From: a virus
Taxonomy: Duplodnaviria; Caudoviricetes
DNA: 39,289 nucleotides
Reading direction: 5' to 3' (one strand)
IMG/VR virus record: IMGVR_UViG_3300031965_001344
Location: 1 to 39,289 of that record
In this document: positions 1-7,640 of the stretch, piece after piece
Numbering within the stretch: position 1 is the stretch's first letter
Layout of the letters: every line of letters starts with the position of its first letter
The notes under the pieces: model-generated
What the model was told of the DNA's origin: nothing
The model's input: the letters and a program-made list of their open reading frames with translations, nothing else
Databases searched by the model: none
Position numbers and translations under genes: made by a program

Positions 1-525
1 ATGACGGACGACGGCACGGGCGCGGTTGACCTCCCACCAAGGGCGCGGGCGCGGCTTGAGATACTTGAACGCTTCGAAGCATTTGTGACCGGGCCGCTGG
101 TGCCGGGCGCCAAGGAGTTCGCCCTCCGGTACAACGCCGGAGAGGTCATGGTTTCGGAGGGCACGCGACGGCACTGCCGGACAGTCTCCGGCTCGACCGT
201 GATGCGCTGGCGGCGCGCATATATCACCGGCGGGGCATGGGTGCTGGCCGACCGCTGGGGCGCCGGGCGGTCCCGAAGCCGCATTCTGGACAGAGACATG
301 GAGGTGGCCGACGCGATCCTTGCCTGCATCGAGGCGTATCCGAGCGCCTCGGCGCCGGCCGTCCGTGGAGAGCTCATCGCCAGGTTCGAGGCGCGGCGGG
401 TGCCGTCGCCGCGCAGCCTCGCGCGGTTCATCGCCGCCCATTTCGCGGCCAGGGGCGCGCCAAGACCGCTGATCGCGCGGGGTTTGGGGCACCGGGCCCA
501 ACCGCCGGCGGCCGGCCGCCGATGA
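1..525 (+). CDS. Stand-alone HTH protein paralogous to the DNA-binding (I-beta/I-gamma-like) region of this phage's transposase; no catalytic domain
   Basis: LEILERFEAFV..VPGAKEFALRY..TVSGSTVMRWRR..PSASAPAV..ARF..PSPRSLARF aligns by eye with transposase LDILAAFEAFV..VPGADAFADRY..TVSGPTVLGWRR..PHASAKHV..ARF..PSYRTVQRF. Confidence 0.8.
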   Translation: MTDDGTGAVDLPPRARARLEILERFEAFVTGPLVPGAKEFALRYNAGEVMVSEGTRRHCRTVSGSTVMRWRRAYITGGAWVLADRWGAGRSRSRILDRDMEVADAILACIEAYPSASAPAVRGELIARFEARRVPSPRSLARFIAAHFAARGAPRPLIARGLGHRAQPPAAGRR

Positions 526-537
526 AGAGCGGCCGGC
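511..537. terminator. GC-rich hairpin where two convergent genes meet
   Basis: GCCGGCCGC-N9-GCGGCCGGC stem; no U-tract. Confidence 0.3.
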
Positions 538-562
538 GGCGGGGACGATGGCGGCGCCGTCG

Positions 563-2041
563 TCACGGCGACGGCGTCGTGCCGGGGAGCATGATGGCGA
601 CGCCGTCCATGCCCTCGAGGTCGGCCGGTGCGACGATCTCGAGCCGTTCGCCCGCGTCCCAGGCGACCTCCGCGCCGGTCGTGGCGCAGGTCGCGGTGTT
701 GGAGCTGTCGGCGAAGGTGACCGTGCCGACGGTCGAGCCCTCGACGTCGACGTTGAACACGACGTTGCCGCCCGACGGCGCCGTGAGGGCGTAGCCGTGG
801 CACCCCGCGAACTCGTCGGCGAAGGTCACGTCGGCGCCGGCGAGCGCGAGGTGCATGGTCGACGAGATCGTCAGCTTGTCCCCCGTCGTCGCCCAGGCAT
901 CAACCCGGTAGGGGAGCGCGGGGTTCGCGGCCCTGAGCCCGTAGAGGCTCACCCGCCCCAGGGCGATATTCCCGCTCGTGAAGACCAGGCGCAGCGCGTC
1001 GTGCGCGGCGGCGGCGGCCCTCCAGCCGCCCCCGACCTTCGTGGAGGGGGCACCGGCATTACTGCCATGGGTCGCCGCTATCGTGACCGCCGTGTAGCGG
1101 CTGTCGGCGGCATTGAACACCGTGATCTTGAAGGCATTCGTGTGGTTGGCGCTCCCCGAGTCGAGCCCGAAGCCGAAGACGTTGATGCCCGTGGTCGGGC
1201 CGTTGGCGTCGGCGGTCACCCCGCTGACGGAGCCGCCATCGCTCAGGTTCACCAGCTGCCAGTCGTAATCCCCGGCGCCGGCATCGAAATTGCTCCCGCC
1301 GTCGGCGGAGACGCGCAGCAGGAGGTCCGCGTCGTCGGTCGCGGGCTGGACCCAGCCCGTGAGGACGTATTGCTCATAGCCGTCCGGCAGAACGAAATCC
1401 AGCGCCGCCGTGGCACTGGCGACCTGTGTCTCGATGAAGCGCCAAGGGCCCGATTCCCCGCCGCCGCCGCCGCCTCCGGCGATAGTCGAGAACGAAAGGC
1501 CGGTCTCCCCGCCATTGACGACGACGGCTTTGCCGGCCTGGGAGACATAGCTCGATGGGGTGTCCGACAGCCCGAGGAAATCGAAGGCCGTGGTCGCCAC
1601 GGTCAGCCCATTGGCGGTGCCATCCGTGTAGAACACCCGCGTCTCCCCGGGTCCGACCGGCACGGTGGTGGCGCCGCGCGTCACCGTCACGGTGTCGCCG
1701 GCGTCGGGGTTGTGGACCACGAAGAGCCGCTTGAGCTGAGGCACGGTGAGCGCCTGGTCGGCGCCGAGGTTGGCCGCCCGGAACAGGATGTGCTCGCGGA
1801 ACTGGGCGGAGGTGAGCGTCACGTCGCCGGCGGTGAAATCCACCGCCAGGAAATCGGTCAGCGCGACGTCGAGCGCGTCGGTGGCGGCGTTGGCGGTCAC
1901 CTCCTTCTGGGACTGGGATTGCTCGATGTGGGTGATGCCGAGATTGGGCGAGGACTGAGCCCGGGCCGCGCCGGTCCAGGCCGCGGCGGTCACGGCGGCC
2001 AGGACGGCGCTGAGCAGGGTCTTAAACGGGTGTTTAAACAT
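563..2041 (-). CDS. Tail fibre / receptor-binding protein (DUF2793-like N-terminal anchor) with a signal-peptide-like leader
   Basis: SPNLGITHIEQSQSQKEVTANAA resembles GTA-type fibre anchors; FLGLSDTPSSY..GKAVVVN motif and Gly linker; last tail gene; RBS AAGGAG. Confidence 0.75.
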   Translation of the reverse strand: MFKHPFKTLLSAVLAAVTAAAWTGAARAQSSPNLGITHIEQSQSQKEVTANAATDALDVALTDFLAVDFTAGDVTLTSAQFREHILFRAANLGADQALTVPQLKRLFVVHNPDAGDTVTVTRGATTVPVGPGETRVFYTDGTANGLTVATTAFDFLGLSDTPSSYVSQAGKAVVVNGGETGLSFSTIAGGGGGGGESGPWRFIETQVASATAALDFVLPDGYEQYVLTGWVQPATDDADLLLRVSADGGSNFDAGAGDYDWQLVNLSDGGSVSGVTADANGPTTGINVFGFGLDSGSANHTNAFKITVFNAADSRYTAVTIAATHGSNAGAPSTKVGGGWRAAAAAHDALRLVFTSGNIALGRVSLYGLRAANPALPYRVDAWATTGDKLTISSTMHLALAGADVTFADEFAGCHGYALTAPSGGNVVFNVDVEGSTVGTVTFADSSNTATCATTGAEVAWDAGERLEIVAPADLEGMDGVAIMLPGTTPSP

Positions 2042-2068
2042 CGTGTGATTCTCCTTTTTAGGCCGATT

Positions 2069-5000
2069 TCATGCCGCCTTGCTCAGCGTCGCCGCGCCGG
2101 GGAAGCCGCGGCCGATAAAGGCGCTCATCTGGTGGATCGCGACGTGGACGTCCTCGCCCGGCGTCAGCCCGTCCCCGGTCTGGGCCGCGGCGGAGTAGGC
2201 GAAGCTCTCGCTCGAGCTCGAATAGGTGTTGATGACGTCGCCCCCCGGCGCGTCGAGAATGTCGATCTCGTAGGCCTCGCTGGCCTCGCCGAGCGGCACG
2301 TCCACGAAGTCCGCCCACCGCCCGCCGAGGCGCGAGCGGCGCACCCAGGTGATGGTGAGGTTGTCCGACCCGTCCCAGGCGCCGGCGATGTGGACCGGCG
2401 AATAGGGCTTCTTGTCGTTGCCCTGATAGGCGAGCGTCTCCACAGTCGCGTCCTCGGGGAGCGTCCCGAAGGTGACCGCGCGGTACTGCCTGGCCACCCC
2501 CACGTCCGATGCCGCCGGCAGCCGGCGCACCCAGTCCGCATGCAGCAGCACGACGCGCTCGCCGACCGCGTGGGCGGCCGTGTGCTGCTCGGTGCCGCGC
2601 CGGCCCCTGAGCAGGCCCGAGAACCGGAAGCGCCGCCCGCCCAGCGCCGTCGCGGTCTTGTATTGGACATATTCGTCGCCGATCAGCATCGCGTTGGCGC
2701 CGTTCAACACGTCGATCTCCGCCGCGCTCTCGGGCGTGCCCTGGAACAGCACCGCGTCGACCGAGCCCACCTCGTCGAACACCGTCGTCGGCCCGTCGCC
2801 CAGCGCCGTGGCCGCCCGCCCGGCCGGCGCCGGGTCGAGGATGTCCATCACCCGCGTCCAGCGCCCGTCGCCGTCGGATTTCTCGATCGCGGCCCCGGTG
2901 GCGTTGCCGAACCAGGTGGCGGCGACGTAGATGCCCGCCACCGCGTCGTCCTCGTCGCGCAGCAGCGGCGCGTCGATCAGGTAGAGGACGGCCGGCACCC
3001 GGACGGCGATGGTCTGGTCGGTCGCGGGGTTCGCGGAGCCCGCCAGCGCCGAGACGTAGACGCTGGCCTCGTCCCGGGCGCCTTCCAGCGTCACCCGGCC
3101 GCCGGCGCCGAGGCCCCAGCGCTCGACCCGGAAGGTGACGCTGCGGCCTTCGTTCACGGCCGTCACCACGTCGGCGGGGTCGAGCCGGCGGTAGCGCGGC
3201 AGGGTGGAGATCTCGTAGCCCTCGATCCCGAGCCACTCGGTGAACAGCCAGCGCTCGGCGATGCGCCGCCCCTGCTCGCGGGAGAAGGCGATCGGCGCCT
3301 CGAGCCGGGCCGTGGCGCCGATGGCGACGGCGCCGCCCTCGCGCTGCGCCGGGGCCGCCGCCGGCTCGTAGTCGCGCTCGCGGTCGTTGTGGACGAACAG
3401 CAGCCGGCGGGGGAGCGCCCCGGTGTCCCCGCGGCGGGCGGTCAGCGTCGGCACCCGGGCCCGGCCGCCGGCGCGCACCCCCAGATGCGCCTCCGGGATG
3501 GTGGCCACCGCCGCGCCGCCGCGCTTCACGAATTTGATCTTGTGGTCGGACTCCACCCCGTCGAAGAAGAAGCCCGCCGCCCATTGCTCGAGCGCCGATT
3601 TCGCCGACGCCGCGCCGACCTGGGTGCCGGGCATGACGTCGCCCACCAGGGCGGAGACGTCGAGGTCCCCCGCCTGGAGCCCGAGCTTGGGGTGGGTGCA
3701 GAGCTCCGTCACCGCCTCGTCGAGCCCCATGCCGGCGTCGGTCACGCGGTCGAGGTAGAGGCGGTGCGCGCCGTTGTCCGTGGCCACGTTCATGGCGTGC
3801 GCCCCGGCGTCGTAGACGCCCGCCCCCACCGTGCCCGGCCCGCCGCCGGCCCAGGCCGTCGCGTCATGGGTCGCCGCCAGCTCCATGTCGGCGAGGTCGA
3901 CCTTGTAGATCTTGGGCTGGCCGCCGCCCTCGAACAGCCACAGGATGCCGTCGGCGGGTCCCTGGATCATCGCCGCGCGCCAGCTCTCGAGCCGCCCGGC
4001 GCCCGAGCCCCCGAACAGCCCGCCGACCGTCGCCACCACGGCGCGGCTGGCGATGTCGAACTTGATGAGGTTGGAATTCACGGTCCCGCCGATCAGCAGG
4101 GCGTGGGCGTCGGCATCGTAGCCGAGCGCCCGGGCGTTCCCGCCCGCCTGCGTGATCGCGAAGTCCTCGACCTTGAACAGGTTCTCGCCGCCAGACGCCG
4201 GCTCCCCCGTGCCCTCGAGCCGCATGAGATGGGCGTGGGTCGCCCCCTTCGAGAGCGCCCACACCTGGCCCTCGGCATCGATCGCGACCTGGGCGCCGAA
4301 ATCGTAGAGCGTGCCGCCCGGGGCGTTGCCGTTGGCGATCGCCAGCAAGGCCATGGTCTCGGGATCGAACAGCCGGACCAGCGCCCCCTGCACGCTGTCC
4401 GCCCGGATGGTGGAGAGGATCCTGGGCTGGGTCAGCGCCGTCGCCTGGCCGACGAAGGCGCCGAGCTCGAGCGCCAGGCGGCTCCGCGCCGCCTCGGTGA
4501 GATCGTGGTGGTAGACCCAGGATTCCGGCCCCGGCGCCGAGGCCGTCGCCGCCACGGCGCCGCTCAGCAGCTCGACCTTGCGCACCGTCGCCGGGTTGGC
4601 GCCCACGTCGTCCTGGGCGTAGAAGAACCCCCGCCCGTCGAAGGCCGCGTTGGGGAAGGAGGCGGCGTAGGAGGCGACCTTCTGGTTGGTCACCCGGTCG
4701 TAGACGTCCATCGTGTCCGGGATGCGGTTGAGATAGGCGACGAGCGGCGTGCCGGGGATGTTGGCGACCGTGCTCGCCCCGCCCGCGCCGAGGGAGACGG
4801 CGGGGTTCGCCCCGGCGCCGGACCGCAGGACCTCGGCGGCGATCACCGGCGGCGCGTTTCCGAAATCCGCGAGCGGCAGGCTCTTGAAGCGGATATAGGC
4901 GGTGCCCAGGAAGGCCGGCGTCGCGCCCACGCCCTTCGCCGCCTCGATGACGTCGTCGGGCGCCTGGTCCTCGGTGCCGAGATGGATTTTCATGGTGCCG

Positions 5001-5455
5001 GGGTATTTCTCGATCGGCCCGGTGTTGGTGGACCTCACGTCGTAGATGATCTTGTTGTTGGCCCACACGCGCAGCACCGCGTCGATCGGCCCCTGGCACA
5101 GCTTGACGGCCCATGTCGCGAAATAGGTGGACGTGCTCGCCGACGGCCCCCCGCCCTTGAGCGACTGGGTCTGGCGCCGCTCCTCGAGATCGAGGCTGCG
5201 CGGCCAGATCGGCGTGCCGGCCACCTTGTCGGTGCCGAACACCAGCGGGATCGGCGCCCCCTCGCCGGACTGCGGCACGTGGGTGTCGGCGAGGCGCGGG
5301 CCCTCGGAATGCGGGCCCGGAAGCAGGGCCTGGGCCGCGAACCCGGCGACGGCGGAGCCGAGGCCGGCGCCGGACACGCCGAGGAAGGTCCACCCCGCCG
5401 GCGCGATCGCGCCGCCGATGGCGGCGCCGCCCAAAGTGATCGCGAGCGAGGCCAC
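2069..5455 (-). CDS. Tail tip / host-specificity protein (GTA megatron-like, Phage-tail_3)
   Basis: EGPRL..GAPIPLVFG, PAFLGTAY, LLRGRRGTE, W.RRSR.GG.W and VPLGEASEAYEIDI motifs; GTG start abutting the NlpC gene. Confidence 0.88.
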   Translation of the reverse strand: MASLAITLGGAAIGGAIAPAGWTFLGVSGAGLGSAVAGFAAQALLPGPHSEGPRLADTHVPQSGEGAPIPLVFGTDKVAGTPIWPRSLDLEERRQTQSLKGGGPSASTSTYFATWAVKLCQGPIDAVLRVWANNKIIYDVRSTNTGPIEKYPGTMKIHLGTEDQAPDDVIEAAKGVGATPAFLGTAYIRFKSLPLADFGNAPPVIAAEVLRSGAGANPAVSLGAGGASTVANIPGTPLVAYLNRIPDTMDVYDRVTNQKVASYAASFPNAAFDGRGFFYAQDDVGANPATVRKVELLSGAVAATASAPGPESWVYHHDLTEAARSRLALELGAFVGQATALTQPRILSTIRADSVQGALVRLFDPETMALLAIANGNAPGGTLYDFGAQVAIDAEGQVWALSKGATHAHLMRLEGTGEPASGGENLFKVEDFAITQAGGNARALGYDADAHALLIGGTVNSNLIKFDIASRAVVATVGGLFGGSGAGRLESWRAAMIQGPADGILWLFEGGGQPKIYKVDLADMELAATHDATAWAGGGPGTVGAGVYDAGAHAMNVATDNGAHRLYLDRVTDAGMGLDEAVTELCTHPKLGLQAGDLDVSALVGDVMPGTQVGAASAKSALEQWAAGFFFDGVESDHKIKFVKRGGAAVATIPEAHLGVRAGGRARVPTLTARRGDTGALPRRLLFVHNDRERDYEPAAAPAQREGGAVAIGATARLEAPIAFSREQGRRIAERWLFTEWLGIEGYEISTLPRYRRLDPADVVTAVNEGRSVTFRVERWGLGAGGRVTLEGARDEASVYVSALAGSANPATDQTIAVRVPAVLYLIDAPLLRDEDDAVAGIYVAATWFGNATGAAIEKSDGDGRWTRVMDILDPAPAGRAATALGDGPTTVFDEVGSVDAVLFQGTPESAAEIDVLNGANAMLIGDEYVQYKTATALGGRRFRFSGLLRGRRGTEQHTAAHAVGERVVLLHADWVRRLPAASDVGVARQYRAVTFGTLPEDATVETLAYQGNDKKPYSPVHIAGAWDGSDNLTITWVRRSRLGGRWADFVDVPLGEASEAYEIDILDAPGGDVINTYSSSSESFAYSAAAQTGDGLTPGEDVHVAIHQMSAFIGRGFPGAATLSKAA

Positions 5456-5959
5456 CTACCCGACTCCCGGCACCGTCCACACCGAGACGATCCGCGCCCG
5501 CCATTCGCCGGTGATCCCGTGCTCGATCACCCGGCCCTCTCCGGCGGTCCCCGGGTCGCCCGCCGCGGCCGCGTGGATGAGGGTGAGCCGGCCGCGCCCG
5601 TCCTCTCCGACCCAGGCGAGGTGGCAGGGACGCGACCGCCCCGCCGGCGGGGCGGCGCGGATCAGCGCCACGTCCCCGGGCCGGGCGTCGGCGGTCCGCG
5701 GGCGCTGCACCAGGTGCTCCGCCAGGACCCGCCTCAGCGCCGCCCCGTCGGGCCGCTTCGGGTAGTCGGGCCCGGCGATCCCGGGAATATCGGGCGCGGG
5801 CAGGCCCACCGCCCGGGCCACCACGACGAGGAGACCGGCGCAGTCGACGCCCTCGCGGCTCCGCCCCTGGTGGCGGAAGGGGACCCCTACCCAGCTCCGG
5901 GCCTCGGCCACCAGCGCCGCGCGGCTCACCACATGGAGTGCGTCGCGGCGTGACGTCAT
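5456..5959 (-). CDS. NlpC/P60 tail-associated peptidase (GTA gp14-like)
   Basis: ARSWVGVPFRHQGRSREGVDCAGL, PGDV, catalytic-type His (PCHLA), LIHA; ATGA overlap. Confidence 0.9.
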   Translation of the reverse strand: MTSRRDALHVVSRAALVAEARSWVGVPFRHQGRSREGVDCAGLLVVVARAVGLPAPDIPGIAGPDYPKRPDGAALRRVLAEHLVQRPRTADARPGDVALIRAAPPAGRSRPCHLAWVGEDGRGRLTLIHAAAAGDPGTAGEGRVIEHGITGEWRARIVSVWTVPGVG

Positions 5960-7023
5960 GACGCGTCCGGGGTCTTGAGCATCTCGCCCCCCGTCGGCAC
6001 GTCCGGGAAGCCCCGGAAGCGCAGGATGTTGTCGAGCTCGAGGCAGCGCGCCTCGGTGCGGTCGCACCCCGCGATCAGGCTGAGCGTGTCGCCGACCTCG
6101 ATGTCCCTGGGCGCCGGCAGCTTGAGCACGATGGCAGAGGTTGACAGCGTCCAGGTCTTGACCTCGATCGTGCGCCCGGCGTTGGCGCCCGAGGTGAACA
6201 TGGCCTTTCCGCCGGCAAAATGCCCGTCCGGCGCGTCGGGCGCGGGGTTGCCCCCGTCGGCCCCGACCGTGAAGGTGACGCGGTCGGTGACGGTCGCGAC
6301 CGCCGCCAGCTGCGTGAGCGCCTGCGCGCAGAGGAAGCTCGCGGTGCCGTCCACCGTCGTCTCGCCCACCGTGGTGTCATAGGACGGTTCCGCCACGGCG
6401 GTGATGCCGGCGACGGTGCACGTGTAGCGCCGCCCGTCATAGGCCGGCAGCTTGATCGCGTCGCCGACGGCGTAGGCGGTCTCGTCCTGCCGCACCGGCG
6501 GGTCGATGACGATGCCGCAACGCGAATCGCCGAACTCATCGACGTCGCAGTAGGGCATGACGTGGCGGACCGGGCCGCGCTCGAGGCGCTTCGACATGGA
6601 CTCGAACTGCATCGTGTAGCGCCCGTCGGCATAGCTCGCCTCGCCGAGCCAGCCGCGGAGGACCTTGATGACGCCGTCGCCGGGCGCGTCCCAGTTGACC
6701 TCGTAGACCCGGATCTCGGCTTCGTCGTAGAAGCCGTCGCGGAGCTCGTCCGCGTCGATCGCGTCCGAGGAGAGCTCGATGGTCGGGCCGGAGGCCTCGA
6801 GGTCGTCGGCCCCGAACCCGGCGCCGGCCTCGATCGCCGTGCGCAGCGGCGCGCCGCCGGGATGGAAGGTCTCCGCCCCGAAGCCGACGTCGAGGGTCAG
6901 CGGCGCGTCGTGGTTGGTGAACCGCCTCACCTCGCCGTCGGTGCGGGCGATGCGATAGAGCCAGCAGGTGGTGGTCGCCTCGCCCTCGATATGGGCGATC
7001 AGGTTGGCGCTCGCCGATTTCAT
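5956..7023 (-). CDS. Baseplate hub protein, DUF2163/BR0599 family (GTA gp13-like)
   Basis: R.DG....FTNHD, C..FGDSRC and AGCDR....C...NILRFRGFPDVP motifs; ATGA start at 7023. Confidence 0.9.
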   Translation of the reverse strand: MKSASANLIAHIEGEATTTCWLYRIARTDGEVRRFTNHDAPLTLDVGFGAETFHPGGAPLRTAIEAGAGFGADDLEASGPTIELSSDAIDADELRDGFYDEAEIRVYEVNWDAPGDGVIKVLRGWLGEASYADGRYTMQFESMSKRLERGPVRHVMPYCDVDEFGDSRCGIVIDPPVRQDETAYAVGDAIKLPAYDGRRYTCTVAGITAVAEPSYDTTVGETTVDGTASFLCAQALTQLAAVATVTDRVTFTVGADGGNPAPDAPDGHFAGGKAMFTSGANAGRTIEVKTWTLSTSAIVLKLPAPRDIEVGDTLSLIAGCDRTEARCLELDNILRFRGFPDVPTGGEMLKTPDAS

Positions 7024-7637
7024 GGCCTGAGCTCCTGGAACTCGAGCCCCTCGTAGCTGCCCACGCCGGGCGCGCGGATGCGCCCCGGGTTGTAGTCGCG
7101 GTCGAGCCGGACCTTCCAGTCGTACTCCCCCGACCAGGTGAGGGCGACGCCGATGCCCGGCGGCGCCGGCGCGGTGGCGATGCCCGTGTCGGGGTCGACC
7201 GTGTAGCCGCCGTCGGGCACGCCGTCCTCCTTGAGCACGGGCGTTCCCGCGACGATCTTGGTCTGCGGCTTGAAGAAGGTGACGCCGCCGAAATCGTAGA
7301 GCTTGCCGAGCTGGAACTGGGTCGTCGCGCCGTCGCCGATGCCGATCGGCTCGTCCACGGCCTGGTAGTCGTGCCAGAATTTCAGGCGGAAGCCCACGAA
7401 GCGGCCGAACGGCACGGCGTTGATGAAGTCGCGGATGGTGAGCAGGAAGTCCGCGCCGTCGAAGGCCGCCGCCTCGCCGAGATCGAGGGCGAAGCGCCAC
7501 AGCGGCACGGCGTGGGGGTTGTTGCGCTGCTCATAACCCGCGCCCGCGCGCTGCACGTCGATCTCCGGCGCCGGGCCGCCCTCGATCAGGCGCGAGACGC
7601 TTTCGGGGAAGCGGACCTCCTGGAAAGGGCTGGCCAC
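7020..7637 (-). CDS. Distal tail protein, DUF2460 family (GTA gp12-like)
   Basis: FQEVRFP, GYEQRN, GFRLK.WHDY and IGIGDGATTQFQL.K.Y motifs. Confidence 0.9.
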   Translation of the reverse strand: MASPFQEVRFPESVSRLIEGGPAPEIDVQRAGAGYEQRNNPHAVPLWRFALDLGEAAAFDGADFLLTIRDFINAVPFGRFVGFRLKFWHDYQAVDEPIGIGDGATTQFQLGKLYDFGGVTFFKPQTKIVAGTPVLKEDGVPDGGYTVDPDTGIATAPAPPGIGVALTWSGEYDWKVRLDRDYNPGRIRAPGVGSYEGLEFQELRP

Positions 7638-7640
7638 GGC

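Noticed and set aside
2022-2040. CtrA box in the TTAA motifs (also 16896-16914)
   Set aside because: TTAA half-sites are 8 bp apart rather than the canonical 7
563-5455. Diversity-generating retroelement or Gin-type invertible fibre segment
   Set aside because: No reverse transcriptase, no adenine-mismatched TR/VR pair and no invertase seen in the window
548-5953. 1801-aa plus-strand ORF and many other long overlapping ORFs (e.g. 23523-25994, 35426-38353)
   Set aside because: Antisense or alternate-frame shadows of recognisable minus-strand genes; stop codons are rare at this GC content and the translations are Arg/Gly/Pro-rich without motifs
5931-5954. Possible extra degenerate 24-bp unit at the NlpC/P60 N-terminus
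   Set aside because: Only 14 of 24 positions match the 29193 unit; not counted
2069-7637. Gene transfer agent cluster
   Set aside because: The tail tip is GTA-like, but head, packaging and replication genes are Mu-type
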